The notes beneath the pieces were generated by a model. The model worked only from the letters and a program-made list of their open reading frames with translations, searched no databases and was not told the origin of the DNA. This document shows positions 29,016-38,247 of a DNA stretch of 64,000 nt, one piece after another. The position numbers and the translations under genes were made by a program. The stretch is from assembly GCA_041484665.1 (NCBI GenBank), contig JBGPIA010000010.1, forward strand, positions 96,001-160,000, given 5' to 3'. The stretch is from Candidatus Krumholzibacteriia bacterium (lineage in GTDB: Bacteria; Krumholzibacteriota; Krumholzibacteriia; JAJRXK01). Every line of letters starts with the position of its first letter. Position 1 is the first letter of the stretch.

Positions 29016-31709
29016 TCAGTGTGGCTTCCCGCCCGGGCGATCCGGCGGTCCCGACGGCGACCCCTGGGGCGCCTGCCCCGGCGGGGGCAAGCTCGGATCG
29101 AGCTGGCGCGCCTTCTGGTACAGCTGCTGCGCCTCCGGCTTCTTCCCCTGCTCGTCGTAGATCATCGCCAGCTGATAGACGTAGCGCCCCGACTGGGGCT
29201 GCAGGCGCATGGCCTCCTGCGTGAGGGTCGCCGCGCGGTCGAGCTTGCCCATCTGCGCGTAGAACACCGCCAGCTGCGCCCGCCCCTCGTGCGAGGAGGG
29301 GTCCAGTTGGATCACGTGCTCGAAGGCCTGGGCCGCGGTCGGCAGGTCGCGGGAGAAGGCCGCGGCCATCCCGTAGTTGCCCTGCACCATGATGTCGTCG
29401 GGACGCGCCGTGGCGGCGCGCTGCAGCAACGGCAACGCCTGCGCGAGGCGGTTGGTCTGCAGCATCAGGGCGCCGAGCGCGCCCAGCAGCTGGCCATCCT
29501 CGCCCGCCAGATCGATGGCGTCGCGCAGCAACTGCTCCGACTGCGGCGCATCGCCCGCGGCGACCTGCAGCGATGATAATGCCAGGATCGTGTCGATGTC
29601 GCGCGGATCGATCTGGTGCGCGCGCCCCAGCGAGGTGAGCGCGTCGGCGCTGCGCCCCAGCGACTGCAGGATGAGGCCGCGATAGTAGTGCGCAGTGGCC
29701 AGCTGCGGATCGATGGTCAGCGCCGAATCGACGATCGCCAGGGCTCGCGCCGGTTGGCCCTGGTGCAAGAACGCGAACCCGCGTCCCGCGAGCCCGCGCG
29801 CCCACTGCGGGTCGAGTCTGAGTCCGTCCTCGAACACCTTGCCCGCATCGGCGTTGCGGTTCTGGTGCGCCAACGCCAGCGCCAGGTCCTCGTAGTGGTA
29901 GAGCTCGCGCGGCTCGTCCTTGAGCAGGCCGCGATAGATGGTCTCGGCATCGGGCAGGCGCCCCATCGCCGCGTAGGTGCGCGCCAGGTTGGCACGCGCC
30001 TCCACATGGCCAGGGTAGGCCTTCAGCACATCCTCCAGCTTGTGCGCCGCCTCGTCGTAACGCCCCTGCTTGCGCAGGACCACGGAGAGATTGACCGTCT
30101 GCTCGACGGTGCCGACCGAGGGCGACGAGCCGTTTGGCGTGGACCCGGCTGCTGTCGATCCTGCCGCTGCCGTGCCGCCATTCGCGGCGACGGTGCCGCC
30201 AGGTCCGCCTGGCCCGCCCGGGGCGCCCGAGGCTCCCGATCCAGCCATACCGCCCGGACCACGCAGCCCGCTCTGGCCGGCCGTTCCGCCCGCGATGTAC
30301 CCCAACGAGCGCAGCATCTCCTCCATGCGTTGGCCGGCCTTGGGATCGATGGCGACGTCCGGGCCGCGGTCCCAGGGACCGGTCTCGTAGGTGGCGATGG
30401 TCGTCACCGGATGCTTCGTCATGTACGCGTCGTCGATGGCCGCCGTAAGCACCTTTCCGTGCAGGTCCTGGGCCACGGGCAGCCCCAACAGGTGCAGCAC
30501 CGTGGGCGCCACGTCGTAGATGCTCGCGCCATCGATGCGCTGGCCACGCTTGGCCTGCGGCCCATCGATCAGGATGATGCCGTCGGGCATGTGGCTCTGG
30601 TCGGCAGTCTCGATGCTGAACTCCTTCTCCTTGAGGCGCTCACCGCCGGTGCGGAATCCGTGATCGGACACGACGATCACCGTGGTCGTCGGCTTGCGCT
30701 TGGCGAGCAGGCGGCCCAGCAGGGCGTCCTGCCACTTCCAGTACTCGGCCACGACGTCCTTGTACGCGGCAAAGTCGGCGTCGCTCACCCAGTCCAGCTT
30801 GGGCGGAGCGTCCTCCATGAAGAGGTGCTGCGTAGCATCGGTGCCCTCGTAGTAGATGGCGAAGAAGCGCGGCCGCTCCTTGCCCACGAGCTTCACGCCG
30901 AGATCGGTGTAGCCCTCTGCAGTGACGAGGGCCTGGCGCAGGTGCTGCACGGGCCCGCCGAAAGGTCCGGCCGCCGCGTCGAAGCCCAGCCGCTCCTTCG
31001 GCAGGTGGATCATGCGCGCGAGCAGCGCCTCGTCCGCCTTGTCCGGCGTGACGAACGCCTTCTTGACGTCGTTGATCAGCTCGGGCGGCCAAGTCTTGCC
31101 GGCGACGTCGAGCTCCTGGCCGGTCACGCCGAAGCTGTGCCAGGCGACGTAGTCGCTCACGATGAAGCCGTTGACGGGCTCCACCGGCCAGGTCGCCCAC
31201 CATCCGAGCACGCCCACGCTGACACCCTTCTCGCTGGCCATGTTCCACAGGGCGCGCACCAGGCGGCTGCGGCTGGAGATGGGGATCTTCGTGCCGTCGG
31301 GCGCGTCGGTCATGAACCAGGTGACACCGTGGAGGTCGGCCGTGCGGCCGGTGGCGATGCTGGTCCACAGGATCGGCGAGAGCATCGGCTCGTCGCTGCG
31401 CAGGCGACCCCAGACGCCCTCGCTGCGCAGCTTCGCCAGATTGGGCAGCGCGCTCTTGGCGATGAGTGGGTCGAGGACATCCCAATCGGCCCCGTCCAAG
31501 CCGATGATCCACACCTCGTCCTGGGGGGCCTTGGAGCAGGAGGCGAGCAACGCGGCGGCGGACAGCAACGCGGCGCCCAACAGCGCGGCACCCAGCAGTG
31601 CGCCGGCCGCCGGGGCGACGCCCAGCGAGCGGGCTCGGGAGTGGGGGAAGCGCAAGGGGGAAACCTCAGGTTGGGCGGAGAGGGTCGAGCAGTCCCCACA
31701 AGCTAGCAC
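29016..31709 (-). CDS. lipoprotein: alkaline phosphatase/phosphodiesterase-family domain plus TPR repeats (start uncertain)
   Basis: Lipobox LLASC, IGLDGADW, SPILWTSIATG, SDHG, LRSLGYI, then many TPR-like helices. Confidence 0.88.
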   Translation of the reverse strand: MLACGDCSTLSAQPEVSPLRFPHSRARSLGVAPAAGALLGAALLGAALLSAAALLASCSKAPQDEVWIIGLDGADWDVLDPLIAKSALPNLAKLRSEGVWGRLRSDEPMLSPILWTSIATGRTADLHGVTWFMTDAPDGTKIPISSRSRLVRALWNMASEKGVSVGVLGWWATWPVEPVNGFIVSDYVAWHSFGVTGQELDVAGKTWPPELINDVKKAFVTPDKADEALLARMIHLPKERLGFDAAAGPFGGPVQHLRQALVTAEGYTDLGVKLVGKERPRFFAIYYEGTDATQHLFMEDAPPKLDWVSDADFAAYKDVVAEYWKWQDALLGRLLAKRKPTTTVIVVSDHGFRTGGERLKEKEFSIETADQSHMPDGIILIDGPQAKRGQRIDGASIYDVAPTVLHLLGLPVAQDLHGKVLTAAIDDAYMTKHPVTTIATYETGPWDRGPDVAIDPKAGQRMEEMLRSLGYIAGGTAGQSGLRGPGGMAGSGASGAPGGPGGPGGTVAANGGTAAAGSTAAGSTPNGSSPSVGTVEQTVNLSVVLRKQGRYDEAAHKLEDVLKAYPGHVEARANLARTYAAMGRLPDAETIYRGLLKDEPRELYHYEDLALALAHQNRNADAGKVFEDGLRLDPQWARGLAGRGFAFLHQGQPARALAIVDSALTIDPQLATAHYYRGLILQSLGRSADALTSLGRAHQIDPRDIDTILALSSLQVAAGDAPQSEQLLRDAIDLAGEDGQLLGALGALMLQTNRLAQALPLLQRAATARPDDIMVQGNYGMAAAFSRDLPTAAQAFEHVIQLDPSSHEGRAQLAVFYAQMGKLDRAATLTQEAMRLQPQSGRYVYQLAMIYDEQGKKPEAQQLYQKARQLDPSLPPPGQAPQGSPSGPPDRPGGKPH

Positions 31710-31713
31710 ACGC

Positions 31714-32475
31714 CTACTCCCCCAGCAGCTGTTCGAGCGCCTCCAGCCTCTGTTCCCAGAAGCCCTTCATGCGCTCGGCCTGCCGAGCGTCGGGAAGCTT
31801 GCTGTGCTGGACCGTGAGCTCCGTCTTGTCGCCAGCCTTGGGGTAGAACATCAGCTCGAGGTTCGTCCTGCCGTCCACCCAGGTGATGCGCATCGACCGG
31901 TTCGGCGTCTCCTTGCGGATGACCAGCGGCCCTTCGGGCAGCCAGCGGGCGCGCTCGACCTCGTCGCTGCAGAGTCGGTAGACGCGATCGACTGGCACCT
32001 CGAAGGTCTTGCTGCGGCTGATCTGGTAGCCATCGGGCCGCTCGTGCGTCTGGCGCAACCCGCGGGCCCGCTCGAAGTTCACCGCCACCATCTGCTGCCA
32101 CCAGGGGCCGACCCCGTGCTGCCCCACGAGCACCTTCACGATGCCCTGGTGATCCATCCGCGCGGCGCCGGCGGCATCGAGAATGGCAAACCACTCCGCC
32201 CACGTCTTGCCCGTTGCCTTGCGCACGGCCTCGTCGCTGATCCCGGCGGCCCTCGCGCCCGCGCCACCTGCGGCGCGTGGGCCAGCAGCGGCGCGTGGGC
32301 CACCAGCGGCGCGTGGGCCAGCAGCGGCGCGTAAGCCGCCAGCGGCGCGTGGGCCGCGCAAAGCGGCGACTTTGTGCTTGAGGCGGACCTGCTTCTTGCC
32401 GGTGCTCCGCTTGGCGGCGTCACGCGGGCGTGCGGAGGCTTTCTTTGCTCTCGCCGGGCTCTTCTTTCCAGCCAT
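31714..32475 (-). CDS. hypothetical protein (DUF4287-like plus SRPBCC-like) with basic repeat-rich N-terminus
   Basis: AVRKATGKTWAEWFAILD, WWQQMVAV, TVQHSKL. Confidence 0.75.
   Translation of the reverse strand: MAGKKSPARAKKASARPRDAAKRSTGKKQVRLKHKVAALRGPRAAGGLRAAAGPRAAGGPRAAAGPRAAGGAGARAAGISDEAVRKATGKTWAEWFAILDAAGAARMDHQGIVKVLVGQHGVGPWWQQMVAVNFERARGLRQTHERPDGYQISRSKTFEVPVDRVYRLCSDEVERARWLPEGPLVIRKETPNRSMRITWVDGRTNLELMFYPKAGDKTELTVQHSKLPDARQAERMKGFWEQRLEALEQLLGE
32268..32357. repeat. 18-bp coding tandem repeat, about 5 units (AAGGPR/AAAGPR)
   Basis: gcggcgcgtgggcca(g/c)ca repeated. Confidence 0.85.
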
Positions 32476-32511
32476 GTTCATCTCCCGTTGGTCGAGGACG
32501 TGGAAGGGTGC

Positions 32512-32765
32512 TCAGAACGCCGCGTCGAGCTGACGCGCGAGGTAGGCGTCGAGGCCTGGGCCGGCCGGATTGGCCAGCGCCCTCTCGAGCCACGCCTGGC
32601 GCTCGAACCCGATCACGGTCAAATCCCATACGCATGCTTTGGTGGCGTAGGCCGGCTGCAGCGTATCCCGTACAGCTTCAGCCGCCAATCGCGGTACTCC
32701 CAGACGCCCAGGCTCGCAATCAGCCGTGCGGTGTACGGATCCGCCAGCGCGAGGGCGCCGCTCAT
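32512..32765 (-). pseudogene. internally deleted, frameshifted conserved hypothetical gene
   Basis: ATGA-coupled start MSGALALADPYTARLIASLGVWEYRDWRLKLYGI... switches frame at ~32637 to ACVWDLTVIGFERQAWLERALANPAGPGLDAYL; both halves resemble the ends of one family as I recall it. Confidence 0.6.
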
Positions 32766-33235
32766 CGCTGCGCCAGAGCCCCGCTGCGCACAGCGTGGAT
32801 GTAGTCGGTGTTGGCGGGCGTGAGGCCCGCGGCGCGTACGTCGGAAGCGATCTGCCCGCGGTGGTACGCCGAGTGCAGCACCAGGTGCTGCAGTACGTCA
32901 CCGACGCCGTTGCTGAAGCGCTGGCCCTTGGTGTTCACGTACTCGATCGTCTGTGCGAGCCGCTGCGCGGTGAGGGCGCTAAGATACGCGCGCCAGCCGC
33001 GCTCCAGCTCCGCCAGCTCGAGCGCACACGTCTTCAGATCGAGTGAGGGCCACGGCGTGCCGGGATCGGTGCGCCCGTCCAGGCGCGCCAGCCAGATCCG
33101 GCGCGCCCCCAGCAGGTGCGCGAAGCGCTCCACCGTGCGGGCGGGTACACCCGGCGCCTGCAGCGAGGCGAGCGCCTCGCGATTGGCCCAATCCTCGTAG
33201 GCAAAGAGCTTGCGCAGTGTGCCGAGCTCGTCCAT
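32762..33235 (-). CDS. DinB family protein
   Basis: YEDWAN, FAHLL, HLVLHSAYHRGQI metal-binding His motif. Confidence 0.92.
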   Translation of the reverse strand: MDELGTLRKLFAYEDWANREALASLQAPGVPARTVERFAHLLGARRIWLARLDGRTDPGTPWPSLDLKTCALELAELERGWRAYLSALTAQRLAQTIEYVNTKGQRFSNGVGDVLQHLVLHSAYHRGQIASDVRAAGLTPANTDYIHAVRSGALAQR

Positions 33236-33364
33236 GGCAACTCCTCGTGTGCGCGTTGTGCGCGCGGGAGGCGCTCGTCTTCTGGATCACGCGCGCAGCC
33301 GAGGGCAGCTGGCGCGCGACGGAAGCGCCGGGGCTTGGATCCTACCGTGCAGGTGGCGCGGCGA

Positions 33365-34024
33365 TCAATGCCTCGCGCTCCAGGGGAGGAGGGCTGGCAC
33401 GGGTGCAGGTTGCGCGGCAGCGGCGCGCTGCAGGGCTGCGACAGCCTGCTCGAGGCAGGCCCTGGCTGCTTCGACTTCCGGCAGGTCCATCGCGACGTGG
33501 CGCTGTCGCATCCAGTGCTGCCAGGTCTGCAGCTGAAGGGCGTGGGCGCCACGCTCGGTGTGGACCTCCTCGGCCACGATCAAGAGCCGCTGCTGCAGCT
33601 CCCGCGCCGCGTCGCCCGGGCGTGGGATCGCGCGGAGCGCCTTGGCCGCGAGCGCATCCGTGCGCAACGCGCCGGTCGCCTGGACCCGGCGCAGCAGGGC
33701 GCGCGCGGCGGGCGAGAGGCCGCCGGTCTGCCAGCGCTCGCGGGCGGTGGCGACTGCCAACAGCGCCGGCCAAAGTCGCCGGTGCACGAAGGTAACCTTA
33801 CCCTGCACCAGCCGCACGGTCAGGACATCCGGTCGCTGCGTCAGTGCCTCGGAAACCCGGTAGATGTCTTGGCCGCGCGGGTGGCCCCACCACGAGCCGC
33901 GGACCGGCTCGCCCGCCACCAGGCTGGCGACGCTGGGAAGCCGCGAGTCGGCGAGCAGCAGCAACCCGATGCGGCGCAGCACCCGCAGGGGTTGCTGGAG
34001 ATCAGACGGTTGGCGTGCTGGCAT
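33365..34024 (-). CDS. conserved hypothetical protein, possibly winged-helix
   Basis: GEPVRGSWWGHP, GKVTFVHRRLWPAL. Confidence 0.7.
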   Translation of the reverse strand: MPARQPSDLQQPLRVLRRIGLLLLADSRLPSVASLVAGEPVRGSWWGHPRGQDIYRVSEALTQRPDVLTVRLVQGKVTFVHRRLWPALLAVATARERWQTGGLSPAARALLRRVQATGALRTDALAAKALRAIPRPGDAARELQQRLLIVAEEVHTERGAHALQLQTWQHWMRQRHVAMDLPEVEAARACLEQAVAALQRAAAAQPAPVPALLPWSARH

Positions 34025-34143
34025 GCTGCCTCACGGCGGTGGGGTTGGTGGTGCTGGATCCCTGCGCGGTGGCTGAGCCCGCGGGCGGCGCGGCGGGCAA
34101 CCGACGGGGTAAGCGGCGCTGGACCCGGCGAGCGGCGAGCGGC

Positions 34144-34620
34144 TCATACCCGCGCCGAGTACAGCGCCGGGCGCGCCTTGAGCATGCCGCTCAGCCGGCC
34201 GCGGGCCCGGCGCAGCGCGGACCGATCGCGCACCGCGACGAAGACCGTATCGTCGCCGGCCAGCGTCCCCACCACCTCGGGCCAGGCCAGCCGGTCCAGC
34301 GCCACGGCCACGCGATTGGCCTCGCCGGGCGGAGTGCGCAGCACCAGCAGGATGTCGCCCGCGGCATCCACGGTCAGGACGCCCTCCAGGATCCGCAGGC
34401 GGTCGGGATCGACGTCGGCCGCCGCGGCCGCAGTCGTCCGTCGGTAGACGCCGTCGACCTTCACCAGCTTCAGCACCGCGATGTCGCGGCTGATGGTCGA
34501 TTGCGTTGGGTGCCATCCCTCTGCGGCCAGGGCGTCGGCGAGGTCTTGCTGCGTGCGCAGCTCGCGGGCGCTGACCAGCTCGAGGAGCTTGAGCTGCCGC
34601 CGGTGACGCTGCGCGCTCAT
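34144..34620 (-). CDS. argR: arginine repressor
   Basis: TQSTISRDI and GTLAGDDTV motifs; ATGA overlap with argH. Confidence 0.95.
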   Translation of the reverse strand: MSAQRHRRQLKLLELVSARELRTQQDLADALAAEGWHPTQSTISRDIAVLKLVKVDGVYRRTTAAAAADVDPDRLRILEGVLTVDAAGDILLVLRTPPGEANRVAVALDRLAWPEVVGTLAGDDTVFVAVRDRSALRRARGRLSGMLKARPALYSARV

Positions 34621-36254
34621 GCTCTGCGCCGTGCCGGGATCCTGCGGCGCGCCCCGCGGCGGGCGCCCTTGCGGACGCGAGTGCGCACGCTGTCGCGCAT
34701 GCTGCCGCGCATGCTGCTGCGCACGCCCTTGCGGACGCGGCTGCGCGCTGCGTTGTGCGCGCGGCCGCTCGCGCCTCGGCCCGCCAAACGCCCCAGAGCG
34801 CCGTCGAAGCGGCGCCGCTCGCTCGCAGACCATCGCCGGCAGGCGCGCAGGCGAGCGCGGACCGCCGGCAGCCCGAGATTCCCCGCGCCTCCGAGGCCGG
34901 CCCGGCGGCGCAGCAGGGCGGCGTGCGTCGCGCGCGTCGCAGCTGCGGCGCGTACGGCGCGCCCGCCCGGCATGGCGCGCGTGGCGGGTGCGCCCGCAGG
35001 CGGCGAATCCTCGGCCCCAGCGCTGGCGGCCGCCTGCGTCCGTAGCGCGGCGGCGACCTCCCGGTAGGCGGCCCGGAATGGCCGCCCTTGCTCGACGCGG
35101 CGGAGCACCTCGTCGGTCGCCAGCACGCCGCCCGAGACGGCCGCCGCGCAGCGCGCGCGATCGACTTCCAGGCGCGGGAGCACGGCCGTGACCATGGCCA
35201 GCATCTGCCCGGTGCGGTCCAGCCCGCGCAGGAGTGGCTCCTTGAGCAGCTGGAAGTCGCGGTGGTAGCCGCTGGGGAGCTTGCCAGCGATGTGCAGCAC
35301 CGCGACCAAGTCGGCCTCCACAGCGGCAGCCCGCCCGCGCGTCAGCTCGAACAGATCGGGGTTGCGCTTGTGGGGCATGATGCTGCTGCCCGTGGCCAGC
35401 GCGGCGGGCAAGCGCAGGTAGCCGTACTCCTCGGCGCTGAACAGGATCACGTCGCAGGAGAGCTTGCCCAGCTCGCGGGCGAGCTCCGCGCACCACAGCA
35501 GGACGGCGGCCTCCAGCTTGCCGCGTCCGGCCTGCACCGCTGCCACGTTGTGCTCCACACGGGCGAAACCGAGCGCCCGCGCGGCGATCTCGCGCCGCAG
35601 CGGCAGCGGCACGCCGTACCCGGCGGCGCTGCCCAGCGGGCAGCGGTCCAGGCGCTGCCACACGGCGTTAAGGCTCTCCATGGTGTCGAGCAGGCCTTCG
35701 GCGTATGCCGCAGCCCACAACCCCAACGTCGAGGGCATGGCGCGGCGCTGGTGGGTGTAGCCGGGCCAGAGCACCGTGCGATGCCGGGCAGAAAAGCGCA
35801 CCAGCTCCGCCACGAGCTGCGCGGACTGGTCGTGCAACCGCAGCAGCGTATCCTTCAGATAGAGGCGCAGATCGCAGGCGATCTGATCGTTGCGCGAGCG
35901 GGCCGTGTGCAGGCGCTCACCCGCATCACGCCAGCGGCGGGTGAGCCAGGTCTCCACGCCCGTGTGGACGTCCTCGCTGCCGGGGTCGACGCGCAGCGTC
36001 CCGCGCTCCGCCGCACGCAGCGCGGCCCGCAACCCGGCGCGCAGCCGCCGCGCCTGTGCCGGCGTGATCAGCCGGCTGCCCGCCAGACCTTCGACGTGGC
36101 CAAGGCTGCCCAGCACGTCCCAGCGCAACAGCCGCGCGTCCCACGCGCGGTCCTCGCCCGCGGTGTAGTCGAGCATCTGGCGGTCGAGCGCCTCGCCGGC
36201 GGACCACAGCGTCGTTGTCGGTGCGCGTTTGCGGTGCGTGCGCTGCGCGCTCAT
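34617..36254 (-). CDS. argH: argininosuccinate lyase
   Basis: EDVH, HTARSRNDQ, PGYTH, TGSSIMPHKRNPD, LPSGYHRD. Confidence 0.95.
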   Translation of the reverse strand: MSAQRTHRKRAPTTTLWSAGEALDRQMLDYTAGEDRAWDARLLRWDVLGSLGHVEGLAGSRLITPAQARRLRAGLRAALRAAERGTLRVDPGSEDVHTGVETWLTRRWRDAGERLHTARSRNDQIACDLRLYLKDTLLRLHDQSAQLVAELVRFSARHRTVLWPGYTHQRRAMPSTLGLWAAAYAEGLLDTMESLNAVWQRLDRCPLGSAAGYGVPLPLRREIAARALGFARVEHNVAAVQAGRGKLEAAVLLWCAELARELGKLSCDVILFSAEEYGYLRLPAALATGSSIMPHKRNPDLFELTRGRAAAVEADLVAVLHIAGKLPSGYHRDFQLLKEPLLRGLDRTGQMLAMVTAVLPRLEVDRARCAAAVSGGVLATDEVLRRVEQGRPFRAAYREVAAALRTQAAASAGAEDSPPAGAPATRAMPGGRAVRAAAATRATHAALLRRRAGLGGAGNLGLPAVRARLRACRRWSASERRRFDGALGRLAGRGASGRAHNAARSRVRKGVRSSMRGSMRDSVRTRVRKGARRGARRRIPARRRA

Positions 36255-37327
36255 GCCAGGTACTCCGTGGCCAGCGCGGCGTAGAAGGCCCGCGCCTGCG
36301 CCACCTCGGACAGCTCGACCCACTCGTCGGGTGTGTGCGAGCGGGCGCTCGCGCCCGGGCCGCACTTGAACGCGTCGCAGTGGCGTAGGAACACCCAATC
36401 GGAGCAGGTCGGGCTGCCGAACGTCCGCGCCGCCGGCAGCACGCGCCGCGCCGCAGCCAAGAGCCGCGAGCCCTGCGGTGTCTCGCATGGCACGAGCCGG
36501 TCGGAGGTCACCACTACCTCGCTGCGCAGGCGCGCGCGCAGGCGCTGGGCCAGCTCGGCGTGGCTCCAGGCCGGCGTGCTGCGCACGTCCAGCACGGCAC
36601 TGGCCGAAGGCGGCGTGACGTTGCGCCCGACTCCGCCGGACAGCATGGTCGGAGCCGCGCTGGGATGCCCCAGCACGGGATGGGGCCGGTCCCTGAACAG
36701 CTCCGGCAGCTCGAGCAGGTCGCGGGCGAGCACCAGGGCGGCGTTCACGCAGCCCCCGTCCTCATCGGCGCGCCCGGCGTGGCGCTGGTCGCCGCGCGCC
36801 CGCAGCTCCACCATCATGAGTCCGCGCTGCGCCACGGCCAGCTGCAGGCTGGTGGGCTCGCCGATCACCGCGGCGTCGATCGGCCCCGCGGCGGCCACGG
36901 CCTGCGGCATCGTCGTGTCTCGCGTCTCCTCGCCGTAGCCCAGCAGCACCAGCAGCCTGCCCGTGCGCGGGCCACCGGCGCGGGCCACGTCGCGCGCCGC
37001 CAGCAGCATGGCCGTCACGGCGGCCTTGGCGTCGACGGCGCCGCGGCCGTACAGACGCTCCCCCTCGACGTGCGGCGCGAACGGATCGCGCGACCAGCCT
37101 TCGCCGGGCGGCACGACATCCAGGTGCGAGACCAAGGCGAGTGCTTTGCCCGCGCCCCGCCCGCGCAGCTCGATCGTGACGCCGGCCGCGTCGCGGCGGA
37201 CGTCCAGGCCGAAGTCGCGCGCGGTCTGCTCGACCCGGCGCGCCACGGCCTCCTCCTCCCCGCTCACCGAGGGGACCGCCACCAGCTCCGCCAGCAGCTC
37301 GGTCTCAACCGGAGATGTCGCCGCCAA
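36251..37327 (-). CDS. argE: M20-family N-acyl-ornithine/citrulline deacylase
   Basis: SHLDVVP, GRGAVDAK, GEE, GEPT, SHTPDE; position in the arg operon. Confidence 0.85.
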   Translation of the reverse strand: MAATSPVETELLAELVAVPSVSGEEEAVARRVEQTARDFGLDVRRDAAGVTIELRGRGAGKALALVSHLDVVPPGEGWSRDPFAPHVEGERLYGRGAVDAKAAVTAMLLAARDVARAGGPRTGRLLVLLGYGEETRDTTMPQAVAAAGPIDAAVIGEPTSLQLAVAQRGLMMVELRARGDQRHAGRADEDGGCVNAALVLARDLLELPELFRDRPHPVLGHPSAAPTMLSGGVGRNVTPPSASAVLDVRSTPAWSHAELAQRLRARLRSEVVVTSDRLVPCETPQGSRLLAAARRVLPAARTFGSPTCSDWVFLRHCDAFKCGPGASARSHTPDEWVELSEVAQARAFYAALATEYLA

Positions 37328-38240
37328 GATAGGCCGCCTTCTCCTTGCGCCCGACGATCATGGTGCCGCAGCCCGCGCCGGTGAAGACCTCCAGCAGGAG
37401 CGCGTCGGGAACGCGTCCGTCAATGATGTGGGTCCGCTCGACGCCGCCGGTCGCCGCCCGGATACAGGCCTCGACCTTGGGGCGCATGCCGCCGGCCAGT
37501 GCTCCGCTCCCCATGAGCTGCGCCAGGTCGTCGGGATCGGCGAAGGCCACCAGCGTTGCAGGATCGGTGCGGTCGCGCAGCACGCCGGGCGCGCCGGTGA
37601 GGAAAACCAGCTTGGTGGCCCGCAGCGCCACCGCCAACGCCTCCGCCACCGTGTCGGCATTGACATTGAACACGTGGCCCTCGTTGTCGGCGGCGAGGCT
37701 GGCGACCACCGGCACGAAACGTGCCTCCAAGAGCGTCAGCAGCAGCTGCGGATCCACGCGCTCGATGTCGCCCACGTGGCCAAAATCCACTGCGATGCGC
37801 TCGCCGTCGTCACCCATGACGGTCACGAGCGGGCGGCGATGGGCGGTGATCAGCTCGCCGTCCACCCCGCTCACGCCCACCGCGTGGACCTGATGCGCGC
37901 GCAGCGCCGCCAGCAGGTCCACGTTGAGCGTGCCGGCGTAGACCATCTTGGCGACGGCCAGAGCGTCGTCATCGGTGATGCGGCGGCCGGCGATCAGGCG
38001 TGGCTCGACGCCCATGCGCCTGCTGAGAGCCGTCGCCTGCGGGCCGCCACCGTGCACGACCACCAGGCGGATGCCCAGGCTGGCGAGCAGGGCGATCTGC
38101 GCGCAGACCTGCTCCATGACCTCCGTCTCGGCCAGCACCTCGCCGCCCACCTTCACGACGAAGATCTTGTCGCGGTACGCGCGCACGTAGCGCAGCGCGC
38201 CCTTGAGCCCGGGCACGCCGCGGCTGCTGTCGATCGTCAC
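37305..38240 (-). CDS. argB: N-acetylglutamate kinase
   Basis: VVKVGG, VHGGG, NVNADT, GGMRPKV; no fused GNAT domain. Confidence 0.93.
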   Translation of the reverse strand: MTIDSSRGVPGLKGALRYVRAYRDKIFVVKVGGEVLAETEVMEQVCAQIALLASLGIRLVVVHGGGPQATALSRRMGVEPRLIAGRRITDDDALAVAKMVYAGTLNVDLLAALRAHQVHAVGVSGVDGELITAHRRPLVTVMGDDGERIAVDFGHVGDIERVDPQLLLTLLEARFVPVVASLAADNEGHVFNVNADTVAEALAVALRATKLVFLTGAPGVLRDRTDPATLVAFADPDDLAQLMGSGALAGGMRPKVEACIRAATGGVERTHIIDGRVPDALLLEVFTGAGCGTMIVGRKEKAAYLGGDISG

Positions 38241-38247
38241 GAGTCCG

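Noticed and set aside
32268..32357. Short repeat run as a possible CRISPR array
   Set aside because: In-frame tandem coding repeat with no spacers and no cas genes
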